Virus record (IMG/VR): IMGVR_UViG_3300009152_000005 | From: an uncultured virus (IMG/VR IMGVR_UViG_3300009152_000005) | Lineage: Duplodnaviria > Heunggongvirae > Uroviricota > Caudoviricetes | Reading direction: 5' to 3' (one strand) | DNA: 64,000 nucleotides | In this document: one piece after another, positions 1 through 9,106 of the stretch | How positions within the stretch are numbered: the stretch's first letter is position 1 | How the letters are laid out: the number at the start of each line of letters is the position of its first letter | Made by a program: the position numbers and the translations under genes | Notes under the pieces: model-generated | The model's database searches: none | What the model saw: only the letters and a program-made list of their open reading frames with translations | What the model was told of the DNA's origin: nothing

Positions 1-1
1 C

Positions 2-76
2 CGGATGCGGGCGCAGCTCGCCGGCCTCGACCTCAAGCAGCTCCTCGCCAAAAGGCAATCACTCTACACCACCTGA
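2..76 (+). CDS. 3' end of a hypothetical protein (truncated by window)
   Basis: Open frame RMRAQLAGLDLKQLLAKRQSLYTT ending TGA at 74-76, just before the next ATG at 81. Confidence 0.45.
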   Translation, partial: RMRAQLAGLDLKQLLAKRQSLYTT

Positions 77-80
77 CCAC

Positions 81-314
81 ATGCCCACCGAAACCACCAT
101 GAAAGCCCGGTTTATCGCTCAGGCCCAACAACTGCTTGCCAAGTGCGAGGCCCCGCCTACGCGGTTCTACGCTTCTGAATTCTGGTTTGAAGGCGTTGTC
201 AACGAGCTTCGGCCGCACCGTCTCCACCCCGGCGGCCCGTCCGTCATCACGGCTCTGGGGCGGGATTGGGAAATGAAACCGAGCCTGCCCAAGTGGGCGC
301 TCGCGGTAGCTTGA
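81..314 (+). CDS. hypothetical phage protein
   Basis: 77-aa ORF in a tightly packed + strand run. Confidence 0.55.
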   Translation: MPTETTMKARFIAQAQQLLAKCEAPPTRFYASEFWFEGVVNELRPHRLHPGGPSVITALGRDWEMKPSLPKWALAVA

Positions 315-319
315 ACACC

Positions 320-562
320 ATGACCATGCTGTTCAAATACGGAGGAAAACCGGAGGGATTGTTGCTCGTCTCCGGCCCCAAGGGCACGCTGACTTTCCGG
401 CGTCGCGGCAAGCTGCCTGACCGCCTCAAGGCGAGCGTCTCGTTCCCGGGGGACATCGTCATCACCATCGGCAACCTCAAGGCCGCCCGCAACCTTGCGC
501 TAGCCGCAAGCCTGCTCGTGAGGAAGCACGAGGAGATTCTCCGCAGACAAATCGCAAAGTGA
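320..562 (+). CDS. hypothetical phage protein
   Basis: ATG at 320 in aacaccATG context, 5 nt after previous stop. Confidence 0.55.
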   Translation: MTMLFKYGGKPEGLLLVSGPKGTLTFRRRGKLPDRLKASVSFPGDIVITIGNLKAARNLALAASLLVRKHEEILRRQIAK

Positions 563-630
563 AACCCCGCCAGCCGGCCACCAAAACAAGTCTGCGTAGG
601 GTGGCCGGCGGGTACCAGAAGACAAAACCA

Positions 631-918
631 ATGACTGCCGAAGACCAGACCAGACAGAGTTACAAACAGCTCGACGCGGTCCTCACGACCCTGCGCAACA
701 ACAGCGAGAAGGGGTTCAACAAGAACCGCAGCCCGGATGACGTCATCCGCACCACCCCTGAACGGGCGCAGGCCATCGCCAAAATCAAGGAGGCCCTTGA
801 CTGGCTCACGAAGGACCTGAAGGCACTCGTCAAGCCGTCACCCGGCACAGCTCCGAACCCGAACAACTACTGCACGAGTAGCTGCTCCTCGGGTAGCTCG
901 CAAAGCCTGAAGCTCTGA
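631..918 (+). CDS. hypothetical protein with Cys/Ser-rich C-terminal tail
   Basis: ATG at 631 follows a hairpin at 573-609; GTG at 559 is an alternative start. Confidence 0.55.
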   Translation: MTAEDQTRQSYKQLDAVLTTLRNNSEKGFNKNRSPDDVIRTTPERAQAIAKIKEALDWLTKDLKALVKPSPGTAPNPNNYCTSSCSSGSSQSLKL

Positions 919-1069
919 CGTGACGTCAGCGTCCGGCCCACGATACGGGCCACCAATTTCTCACCCTCTTACCTGTCGTTCGAGGGTGCCCGCCCGGTGT
1001 CTCTCAATGTGGAAAATGAGGGGTCGAAAAGCGCCGGGCGGGGTTGATTTCCAACACGTTAGAAAAAAT

Positions 1070-1261
1070 ATGAGAAACTTTTTGGCAGTCATCGTCGTCG
1101 GACTTGGGCTCGTCCCTTGGGTCGAGCTGGCCTACACGTACCACACTATGGTTATCGGGCGCTACCCATGGTCCCAGCGCCGGCTGGATTACCTTAAGGT
1201 GCGCGCGGTGTTTGCCACAGCCACCGCGGTCAGCCTCATTTTGGTGTTGACCCTCTTCTGA
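1070..1261 (+). CDS. small membrane protein (two hydrophobic segments)
   Basis: FLAVIVVGLGLVPWV and AVFATATAVSLILVLTLF. Confidence 0.55.
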   Translation: MRNFLAVIVVGLGLVPWVELAYTYHTMVIGRYPWSQRRLDYLKVRAVFATATAVSLILVLTLF

Positions 1262-1285
1262 AAAACCCCCAGTTTCGCTCTCGAC

Positions 1286-1735
1286 ATGAAAACAACCAAA
1301 TCGGTTCTTCCCCGCAACGTGGCCATCATCGGCCAACAGCCGGTCATCCCCCGCACCAAGACCGCGACCATCGCACCCGCTCCCGACAAGTTCGAGAAGC
1401 GGCGCAAGGTCAGCATCACCATCGGCGTCGGCAAGGACAAGGACGGCGCCGACATCACTGAGACGAAAGCCACCGAGAAACTGGCCACCGCCGGCAAGCT
1501 GATATTCGTCCGCGGCTTCGGCGGGTTTACCCTGACGACCAACGCGGGCGGTTGGGCGGCCCCTTCAGGCGAACTCATTGTGGAGAACTCGGTGACGGTG
1601 TCCATCGTGACTGACTCGCTCAACATCGGGGTGTTCCGGCAGACCGTCGCAGCCCTTGCCGGCGAACTGCGGGACTTGTTCAACCAGTCCTGCGTGCTGG
1701 TCGAAATCTCAGAGGTTGATGCGGCCATCATCTGA
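1286..1735 (+). CDS. DUF3574-like / putative SAM lyase-fold protein
   Basis: FGGFTL...GGW...G.LIVENS.TV...LRDLFNQSCVLV matches the DUF3574/phage SAMase pattern GxW...E.S...(E/N)Qx(S/C)VL. Confidence 0.6.
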   Translation: MKTTKSVLPRNVAIIGQQPVIPRTKTATIAPAPDKFEKRRKVSITIGVGKDKDGADITETKATEKLATAGKLIFVRGFGGFTLTTNAGGWAAPSGELIVENSVTVSIVTDSLNIGVFRQTVAALAGELRDLFNQSCVLVEISEVDAAII

Positions 1736-1739
1736 CACC

Positions 1740-2384
1740 ATGAGTGCTTTTCCTCCCATCAAGTTCGCATGCCCGGCCATCTTCTCGGCGCCCCCTCCGG
1801 GAAATCCCTTCACGTTGTTCTTCGCCCTGCAAAAACAGTTCCCGACAGGCTTTTTGCCGTTCTGCCACGGTCACTTCGGGTGGTTTGGCAACGGTCAGCA
1901 GAACAGCACATTCATCGCCACCGACGTCCGCCCAGACTGCGTCCAGTTCAACACCACCTCCCTCCGCGAGTTCGGCTCGCAAGCCCGCACGGGCGGTCCG
2001 GACTTTGAAGCAGCGTTGGTTTTCGATGCAGTGAATAGCTTGGGCCTTGTGGTGCGGTGCCGGGGTACATTCAAATTGGCGGCCTCCATCCGGGAGACTG
2101 TATGGGCCGCGCGCTCTGAGGAGGCCCGGCGCATGTATGTCACCTTGGAACGGTTTCGCAACTCCCGGACCCAGATTTTGCCGGAGGAACTCCGTGTCTT
2201 GGCGCAGTCATCCAAAACCGACATCACCACTGCACCGTCATCTTTCTTCGTCGCGGAATACCACCCGACAGAGGTCGACTTTTTGTTCCTTGGCGGCGGA
2301 GACAGGTGCCATACCACGCTGCGGTACCAGCGTTCGCCGGCCTCCGGGTCCGTTTGGGTCACCAAGGGGTTCCACGCAGCCTGA
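1740..2384 (+). CDS. hypothetical protein
   Basis: 214-aa ORF, gacaccATG start 4 nt after previous stop. Confidence 0.55.
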   Translation: MSAFPPIKFACPAIFSAPPPGNPFTLFFALQKQFPTGFLPFCHGHFGWFGNGQQNSTFIATDVRPDCVQFNTTSLREFGSQARTGGPDFEAALVFDAVNSLGLVVRCRGTFKLAASIRETVWAARSEEARRMYVTLERFRNSRTQILPEELRVLAQSSKTDITTAPSSFFVAEYHPTEVDFLFLGGGDRCHTTLRYQRSPASGSVWVTKGFHAA

Positions 2385-2392
2385 CACCAAAT

Positions 2393-2824
2393 ATGCTTAA
2401 AGTCAGCGACGAACGAAAGAGGATGCGGTGCCGGGTCCGCACCGCCATGCACGTCGGCGACGTTGCCATCCGGGACGTCAAGGACCACAATAAGCCGTGG
2501 TTGGACACGGGCTGTGGAAAAAGCTCGAACCAAGTGGCCGCCGAACTCGGTATCACCCACCAAGCGGTCAGTCTGAACTGCCGGTCTGCGCTGCACAAAA
2601 TCCAAGGCACGTTACGAAAGCTGAACGAGTCCGAAGGCGGCGGCCTGCTTGAGGACGACCGTTTCCCCAAGCTGCTTTTCAAGGCCCTCGGTGACGCGCT
2701 CTATGAGCGACGGCTCCGGGACCTCGACCGTGAAAAACGCATACTGACGAACGTGACAAAATTTTTGCAGGAACACTGCCCAAGCGCCCTCGAAATCGAA
2801 ACCACTGAACAACCGACGACATGA
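2393..2824 (+). CDS. HTH DNA-binding protein (sigma-70 region 4-like)
   Basis: KSSNQVAAELGITHQAVSLNCRSALHKI. Confidence 0.65.
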   Translation: MLKVSDERKRMRCRVRTAMHVGDVAIRDVKDHNKPWLDTGCGKSSNQVAAELGITHQAVSLNCRSALHKIQGTLRKLNESEGGGLLEDDRFPKLLFKALGDALYERRLRDLDREKRILTNVTKFLQEHCPSALEIETTEQPTT

Positions 2825-3615
2825 CCACATACCCACACGAACGCAGTTGCACAGCAACCGATAGACCCGATACCCGGCTTTACGACCGGGTGCCGCTTAC
2901 CGCCACCGAGGTGTTGGGCCACCGGGGGCCGGCCACCGGAATTGCCACCCCATTCGTCTTCCCCGCCCGCACCGCGTTCACCGGCGTGCTCGGCGTCGGC
3001 AAGGACTACATCGCCAAGAAGCACGGTTTCGAGATTCTGGGCTTCGCCGACCCGATTTACACGTTGGCCCGTCGGTACCTCGGGACTGACGACAAAGCCA
3101 TCCCCGGCGTCCGGAAGTTCCAACAGGACGTCGGACAGTGGGGCCGCGGTCTTGTCACCGCAGAGCAGCCCCTGACGACCGAGCGCCACCGCATCACCAC
3201 GGAAATCCGTGAAGAGGGGGTCAGCATCCCGGGCGAGGGTGTTTTTGATGCCAGTGACTACGGACTCAACCCGGAATTCTGGGTCAACATCATGCTTTCC
3301 CGAATCCGGCGCAGGTTCCGCAGCGCGTCCATCGCGGTGACGAACTGCCGATTTGCAAACGAACTGGCCGCGCTGACGTCCGTCGGCTTTCGCACGTACC
3401 ACGTAACGTGCTCCCCCGAGACGTTGTCTGAGCGCCGCGAGGCTGCCGGCTACAAGGACCCCACCGTCTTCAACAATATCAGCGAGCAACTCGCATTGGA
3501 GTTTGACCGGCGGTTCCGGGCAGACGAGCTTGTCGCGCCCAGAGTCGACGTCATCTGGAACGACTACCGGCCCGTGCCGGCGGCCTTGAACAACCAAGTT
3601 TTGGTCAACCCGTGA
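2821..3615 (+). CDS. deoxynucleoside monophosphate kinase-like P-loop protein
   Basis: FTGVLGVGKD, GFADPI, RKFQQDVGQWGR, PEFWV and NCRFANE motifs of phage dNMP kinases. Confidence 0.8.
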   Translation: MTTYPHERSCTATDRPDTRLYDRVPLTATEVLGHRGPATGIATPFVFPARTAFTGVLGVGKDYIAKKHGFEILGFADPIYTLARRYLGTDDKAIPGVRKFQQDVGQWGRGLVTAEQPLTTERHRITTEIREEGVSIPGEGVFDASDYGLNPEFWVNIMLSRIRRRFRSASIAVTNCRFANELAALTSVGFRTYHVTCSPETLSERREAAGYKDPTVFNNISEQLALEFDRRFRADELVAPRVDVIWNDYRPVPAALNNQVLVNP

Positions 3616-3660
3616 TGCCGCGGGAGACTTTCTAACAACAAGCATAAGCATTACCTGAAC

Positions 3661-4233
3661 ATGAAAATGACCACTGCCTCCGGGCGCTACATCGACCTCT
3701 CCGACATTGGTACCTCCTTTTCGGAGGCGGCCATCACCAAGGGGGACCTCGTCGAGGAAATCTCCCGGGGCCTCGCCAACACCCTCCGGTTCTCCGGGCA
3801 ACTCGGCAACCTGACGGTCGCCCAGCACAGCCTGCTGGTGGCACGCATCGCCAAGCACCGCAAGCAGTCGTCTCGGCAGCAGCTCATCGGCCTGCTCCAC
3901 GACGCGTCCGAGGCGTACCTCGGCGACATCCCGACCCCGCTGAAGAGGCTGCTTCCCGACTACCGGGCGCTCGAATCCAAAGTCATGTGCGCCATCCACG
4001 CTCGGTTTTTGGATGCCTTCTGGCTTTCGAGGCCGGAGAAGGAACTCCTCGACGCTGCGGACGTGGCCGCGTTCGAGCTGGAGGTGACCCTGCATAGCCC
4101 GTTCCCGTTCCCCTGCTACGGCATGGAGCGCGGCATCCACGTCCCGGCAGAGTTCGAGACCGAGGAGGTGTTGCGGTCGCGGGAAGAGGCGGCAGAGGAG
4201 TTCAACGAAGCCCTCTGGGGGATTGTGCTCTGA
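3661..4233 (+). CDS. HD-domain phosphohydrolase (YfdR/YfbR-like 5'-deoxynucleotidase)
   Basis: RFSGQ...TVAQHS...GLLHDASEAYLGDIPTPLK. Confidence 0.85.
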   Translation: MKMTTASGRYIDLSDIGTSFSEAAITKGDLVEEISRGLANTLRFSGQLGNLTVAQHSLLVARIAKHRKQSSRQQLIGLLHDASEAYLGDIPTPLKRLLPDYRALESKVMCAIHARFLDAFWLSRPEKELLDAADVAAFELEVTLHSPFPFPCYGMERGIHVPAEFETEEVLRSREEAAEEFNEALWGIVL

Positions 4234-4235
4234 TT

Positions 4236-4538
4236 ATGGAGGCCCTTGAACAGGAGTTTGCTGCCGCGGTCGCCGGACTTCGTGCCCGGGTCGACGTGGT
4301 GCGGTTGCGGCTCATCCTCAAAACCGATTCCCGGGATTTGACCGTTGAAAAACTGTTCCGTGGGATACCCCTCCGGGAAGGCGACCAACCGAAAAAGTGG
4401 TTTCCTGCGGCCCGGGAATTGTGGTACGCAAAGGTCCACCTCGACACGGCTGTCAAGCTCGGGTTCGGCGGCACCACTTTCAACCGCGCCGTTCGGCACC
4501 TTGAGAAGGCTGAGAAACTGTCGCTCCAGACGCTATGA
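4236..4538 (+). CDS. hypothetical protein
   Basis: 100-aa ORF filling the gap between neighbours. Confidence 0.55.
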   Translation: MEALEQEFAAAVAGLRARVDVVRLRLILKTDSRDLTVEKLFRGIPLREGDQPKKWFPAARELWYAKVHLDTAVKLGFGGTTFNRAVRHLEKAEKLSLQTL

Positions 4539-4542
4539 CCCC

Positions 4543-5910
4543 ATGCAGACCAAGCTGTACGACTACCAAGAAGAAGCCGTCGAGCATAACGAAACCCTCC
4601 TTCGAGGGGGTTTGGCATGCGTGCTCGATGGTTCGGACATGGGCACGGGCAAAACTCCGACGACTGTGGAACTGCTTCGTCGTATCGACCTGCCAACCGT
4701 CGTTGTCTGTCCCAAGGTCAGCACCCAGTCGTGGCTCCGCTGGGGTGACGCTGGAGGAGCGTCGTTCGCCGCGACCGGATACGAGGCACTTCGTACCGGT
4801 AAATCGGGCTTCGGTACGTGGAAAACGCGGAAAGCGTGGTTGAAAAAGCCTGACGGCACGTCGGGTATGGTCGAAGAGCGGTTCGAGTTCGTGTGGGACG
4901 AATCGGTCGGCCGGGTGGTGTTCGACGAGGCCCACCGTTGCTCGGCGCCGGACAGCCAGAATTCCATGATGCTGCGGGACGCCCGGAAACAAGGGCTCCA
5001 GATTGTGCTCGTCACCGCCACGCCGGCCGAGAACCCGCTCCAGATGCGGGCGATGGGTTTTGCGCTCGACCTCCACGACTACAAGGCGTTTTACAAGGGC
5101 TGGATTCAAAAACTCGGCTACCACCCGGGTGTTTTTGCGGCGTTCGACTGGACCCGGGACGAGTACCGGCAGCGCATGTTCATGGACAAACTGCACGCCC
5201 AGATGTGGCCTGCCCACGGGGTGCGGGTGCGCAAGACCGACCCCCGGGTGAGCGCGAAGTTCCCGAACGGCATCATTTCTGTCGACCTCGTCGAGGTAGA
5301 CGCCAAGCACGAGCTGGCTCGGCTTGAAGGCGTCGCCATGGCCGCGTGGGAGGCCATCCAAGAGTGCAAACGGACGGGGGCCTCGGAGACGCACCCACAG
5401 GTCGTGTACACGCGCACGTTGCAAGAACTCGAAGTCTTGATGGTGCCGAGCATGGTTGAACTCATCAAGGAGGCCGTCTCCAAGGGCCGGCATTGCCCCG
5501 TCTTCGTGAACTACTCCGGCACCATCCGGGCGCTCCAGCAAGCGTTCCCGAAGGCTCCTGTCATCGACGGCGAGCACAACGACCCGACGTACCGCCAGTG
5601 GGTCATGGACACGTTCCAACAGGACGAACACCCAGTGTTGCTGGCGAACAGCAAGGCCGGCGGAGAATCAATTTCTCTGCATGACCTGCGAGGGCAGCAT
5701 CCCCGGGAAGTTTTCATGCTGCCGGGCACCAGCGCCCGGGGCTTCAAACAGGTGACGGGCCGTGCGGACCGTGCGGGTGCCGTCAGCGACGTTTTGACTC
5801 GATGCCTTGTCGCCGCAGGGTCAAAACAAGAGAAACTGAAAAAGAGTCTTGACCAGAAACTCAGCAACATCCAGACTCTCGTCGACGGTGACCTTGCAAT
5901 TTACAACTGA
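4543..5910 (+). CDS. superfamily 2 (SNF2-like) DNA helicase
   Basis: Walker A DMGTGKT, DEAH, TATP and motif VI QVTGRADR. Confidence 0.9.
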   Translation: MQTKLYDYQEEAVEHNETLLRGGLACVLDGSDMGTGKTPTTVELLRRIDLPTVVVCPKVSTQSWLRWGDAGGASFAATGYEALRTGKSGFGTWKTRKAWLKKPDGTSGMVEERFEFVWDESVGRVVFDEAHRCSAPDSQNSMMLRDARKQGLQIVLVTATPAENPLQMRAMGFALDLHDYKAFYKGWIQKLGYHPGVFAAFDWTRDEYRQRMFMDKLHAQMWPAHGVRVRKTDPRVSAKFPNGIISVDLVEVDAKHELARLEGVAMAAWEAIQECKRTGASETHPQVVYTRTLQELEVLMVPSMVELIKEAVSKGRHCPVFVNYSGTIRALQQAFPKAPVIDGEHNDPTYRQWVMDTFQQDEHPVLLANSKAGGESISLHDLRGQHPREVFMLPGTSARGFKQVTGRADRAGAVSDVLTRCLVAAGSKQEKLKKSLDQKLSNIQTLVDGDLAIYN

Positions 5911-5917
5911 AAACCGA

Positions 5918-7207
5918 ATGAGTACCGAACGCCTACATCACCCATTCTCACCCAGCACGCTCCAGACCCGCGAGGCGTCTCCGTGCTATCACCCCCGCGG
6001 TGGAACCAGCGAGGCCGCCGAAGCCGGCACGCGGCAGCACGACGCAACCGAGCACGAGGACCACGCCAACCCACTCCTCAGCGACGACCAGAGCCGGGCC
6101 GTTGCAGAGTGCGTCGCGCTGCTTGACTCCGCCGTGCGTGACATGGGCGAGGGTGCCACGGTCGAGAAAGAGGGCTACTGGCCGATTGACGACGTGACGT
6201 TTTTGCACGAGGGCAAAACGTGGGTCGGCACCACCGCGGGGTATTCGGACGCCACGATTTTTTCCGCGGTGGCCGAAGAGCCGAGACACCCACGTCTGCG
6301 CGACCCGGAGCCATCACAACCCCTTCACCACGCCGTCGATTGGGACTTGGTGCCCAGTCAGCACATACACGTCGTCGACTGGAAGTTCGGCAAGTTCCCG
6401 GTCGAGCCGGCGGAGACCAACCTGCAAGGGTGGGCATACGTGCTCGGGGTCGTCCATCGGCAGGCCAAGCGCGGTATCTTAGTGAAGTCAGCGCGCGTAA
6501 CTTTCCACTGTCCGCATCTGGAAGAGACCACGACGCATCTTTTCGTAGCCGAGGATTTTGCGTCCATGCGGGCACGCATCAATGAGGTCGTGGCGAAAGC
6601 ACGCACGGCGGACCGACTCTGGAAAAAGACGGAACTCGCGCCGATGGGTACGGGGCCAATTAACGTCGAGAAGCACGGGCTCATCATCCCGACGACGTCC
6701 TCGTGCCTTTTCTGCGGACGCATCGCGGAGTGCCCCGTCATCGGCCGGATGGCGGTCATGGTCTCGTCCAAGTACAAACCCTTGGTGGTCCCGCCCGACA
6801 TCACCGGAGACAAGCTCTGCACGGACGAGCAAGCCAGCCACGGACTTGCCATCGGCAAGGCTCTCGAAGAGTGGGCCAAATCGTACCGCCAGAAAATCAC
6901 CAGCCGTGCCATTGAGGAGGACGGATTCACGCCCGAGGGCTACTCGCTCGTCGTGACGGAGCCCCGCAAGGTGGTCGACAAGCCGGCGCTTTGGGACAAG
7001 CTCCTCAAGAGGTTCGGTTTCGAGCGGGTGCTATCGGACTTCGTCAGTCTCCCGTTGACACCTATCGAAAGCGCCATTGAAGATGCCGAACCGATGGGCG
7101 AGAAATCCAAGGCCAGCGCGGCATTTGTGACAGAACTCGCGGACGCCGGCATCACGGTGAAGTCGACTGCCGTCATCAGCCTGCGGATGAAACCCAAGAA
7201 GAAGTGA
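5918..7207 (+). CDS. DUF2800-family PD-(D/E)XK (Cas4-like) exonuclease
   Basis: HHPFSPS, AAEAGTRQH, GYSD...VVDWKFG, NLQGWAY and CLFC...C cluster. Confidence 0.8.
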   Translation: MSTERLHHPFSPSTLQTREASPCYHPRGGTSEAAEAGTRQHDATEHEDHANPLLSDDQSRAVAECVALLDSAVRDMGEGATVEKEGYWPIDDVTFLHEGKTWVGTTAGYSDATIFSAVAEEPRHPRLRDPEPSQPLHHAVDWDLVPSQHIHVVDWKFGKFPVEPAETNLQGWAYVLGVVHRQAKRGILVKSARVTFHCPHLEETTTHLFVAEDFASMRARINEVVAKARTADRLWKKTELAPMGTGPINVEKHGLIIPTTSSCLFCGRIAECPVIGRMAVMVSSKYKPLVVPPDITGDKLCTDEQASHGLAIGKALEEWAKSYRQKITSRAIEEDGFTPEGYSLVVTEPRKVVDKPALWDKLLKRFGFERVLSDFVSLPLTPIESAIEDAEPMGEKSKASAAFVTELADAGITVKSTAVISLRMKPKKK

Positions 7208-7209
7208 CC

Positions 7210-7479
7210 ATGAAGAAAACCAAGTCACCCGGGCGGGTCGCGTATGAGGCGTTCAAGTCCGAACACCAGAACAACGCCAACCAAGAGGTCCAAAAAGCAG
7301 CCAAAGACATGCCGCCGTGGTCAAAATTGACGGAGCCCCCCAAAGCAATTTTCGAGAAAATTGGTCATGCCGTCCTGACCGAGTTTTTCAACCTCCGCAA
7401 TTCTGTTTCCGGTGGTGTCCTTGACACCGCGAAACGTCATTCAACCTCAGGGAAACAACAGAAACACAACAAAAAGTGA
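7210..7479 (+). CDS. hypothetical protein
   Basis: 89-aa ORF with G..AYEAF...PPWSKL pattern typical of small phage proteins. Confidence 0.55.
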   Translation: MKKTKSPGRVAYEAFKSEHQNNANQEVQKAAKDMPPWSKLTEPPKAIFEKIGHAVLTEFFNLRNSVSGGVLDTAKRHSTSGKQQKHNKK

Positions 7480-8423
7480 GCACTCCTAACTCCAGCACTC
7501 CCGCAGCCCGCCCCGGTCGCACCGCCAGCTTCGCCCGCCCCGGCGGCGCCCCGGCCACGCCGGTGGTCGACGTGGAATCCACCGTCACGGCGGTTGTCGT
7601 CAGCGGTACCCCCGTCGACTTGGCCGCCATCTCCAAGGACGTCGGCGCCCGTCCCTACCACACTCCGGGCTCGCTCTCGAAGCCTGCGAAGCCGTTGTTC
7701 TCCGACGACGATACTGACATCGACTTCGACGAGTTGCGCCTCCCGGGCATCAACCTCGTCCAGAAGGTCGGCGACCTGAGCAACATCTTCCCCCCGGGCG
7801 CGGTCGTCCTCGGGAAGGAGCACCTTCTCATCATGCCGCCGCCTCAGGGCGAGGGCAAGGTGCAGGAAGTGCCGCTCGTGGTCTTCATCATCGCGTTCCG
7901 TCCGACCCGCTGGACCGAAAAGGTCGAGGGCGGAGCCCGCGGCAATCTGTTCGACACGCGTGAGCAGGTCGCCAACGCCGGCGGCACCACGGACTACAAC
8001 GAGAACAAGCGCAACCCGGAGGTCTCGCTCTATCAGGAATTGGCCACGGCGCTGATTTTGGTCGAGAAGCCGGACGACGCGGACGACGCGTTGTTTGCCT
8101 TCGAGGGACCGAACGGCAAGAAGTACGCCCTCGCGTTGTGGAACATGAAGGGCAGCGCCTACACCGACGGTGCGAAAATCATCAAGTCGGCGCGGAAAAT
8201 CGGGTACCCGTTCGCCCCGATGAAGGGCCGGTTCCTCGGCTGCGCCCTGCACCTCAAGACCACCCTGAAGAAGTACCAGTCCGGCTTCTTCGCCTTCAAG
8301 CCGTCCCTCAGCGCGGGCGAGGTGACCACGGCGGAGTTCCGCCGCTTCGTCCACGACTGCGCCGGATTGGAAGCGCATCCGTCGGACATCGTCGCACCCC
8401 CGGCGGCTGCGACCGTCGGCTGA
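7476..8423 (+). CDS. putative single-stranded DNA-binding protein
   Basis: Lies between nuclease and polymerase, strong codon bias, LRLPGINLVQ and aromatic beta-strand motifs, followed by a terminator. Confidence 0.55.
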   Translation: MSTPNSSTPAARPGRTASFARPGGAPATPVVDVESTVTAVVVSGTPVDLAAISKDVGARPYHTPGSLSKPAKPLFSDDDTDIDFDELRLPGINLVQKVGDLSNIFPPGAVVLGKEHLLIMPPPQGEGKVQEVPLVVFIIAFRPTRWTEKVEGGARGNLFDTREQVANAGGTTDYNENKRNPEVSLYQELATALILVEKPDDADDALFAFEGPNGKKYALALWNMKGSAYTDGAKIIKSARKIGYPFAPMKGRFLGCALHLKTTLKKYQSGFFAFKPSLSAGEVTTAEFRRFVHDCAGLEAHPSDIVAPPAAATVG

Positions 8424-8428
8424 AATCG

Positions 8429-8468
8429 AACACCGCCGTGCGATTTGTATCGACGGCGGTGTTTTCTT
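8429..8468 (+). terminator. intrinsic terminator hairpin overlapping the next promoter
   Basis: aacaccgccgt / acggcggtgtt 11-bp stem followed by ttctt. Confidence 0.7.
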
Positions 8469-8485
8469 CAGCCAACGTCGCACAC

Positions 8486-9106
8486 ATGGAAACGAAACAC
8501 GAAACGAAACACGAAACGAGAGAGAAGTGGTTGCAGGCAGCAGTGGCAGAATTGGAGCCGCTGTTTCCCGCCAAGTACAAGGTCCCCACGGTGCGGGTCA
8601 GCACAAGCTGGCCGAGCAGCAAAGGGTTGGGGACCAAGAAGCGGTGCATCGGCGAGTGCTGGTCCAAAGACGCGGCGGCCGATGGGGTCTGCCAGATTTT
8701 CATCAGCCCTCTGTTGGAGGACCCGGTCGACCCCTTCGGCGTGCTGCCCACGTTGCTCCACGAGGTCTGCCACGCGGTCGTAGGCATCGACAAGGGTCAT
8801 CGCAAGGAATTCAGCGACTGCGCCCGCTCCGTCAATCTGGAGGGCAAGGTGACGGCCACCTTTGCCGGCGAGGCATTGCTTCCGGACCTCAAGCAGATTG
8901 CCGACCGCCTCGGCAAGTACCCGCACGTCCGCATCGACCCCAAGCTCAAGGGCGGCCCGAAGCCCCAAAAGAACCGTCAGCACAAGCTGGAATGTGCCTG
9001 CGGATTTATCTGCCGGGCGTCACGCAAGCAGATTGATGAAGTGGGTGTGCCGACCTGCGGGTGCGGAAAAAAGCTGGTGTTGGTGGAACCGGAGGATGCT
9101 GAATGA
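8486..9106 (+). CDS. SprT-like zinc metallopeptidase with C-terminal Zn ribbon
   Basis: LLHEVCHA...GH.KEF, CACG and CGCG; N-terminal 12-bp tandem repeat (ETKH). Confidence 0.75.
   Translation: METKHETKHETREKWLQAAVAELEPLFPAKYKVPTVRVSTSWPSSKGLGTKKRCIGECWSKDAAADGVCQIFISPLLEDPVDPFGVLPTLLHEVCHAVVGIDKGHRKEFSDCARSVNLEGKVTATFAGEALLPDLKQIADRLGKYPHVRIDPKLKGGPKPQKNRQHKLECACGFICRASRKQIDEVGVPTCGCGKKLVLVEPEDAE

Noticed and set aside
3661..4233. HD protein as DatZ of a 2-aminoadenine (Z) genome
   Set aside because: Motifs fit the YfdR type and no purZ or mazZ is present in the window.
5918..7207. Cas4-like nuclease as part of a CRISPR system
   Set aside because: No repeat-spacer array or other cas genes seen; it sits in the usual nuclease-SSB-PolA module.
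8488..8520. 12-bp tandem repeats here and at about 62215-62246
   Set aside because: Short in-frame slippage duplications in linkers, not arrays.
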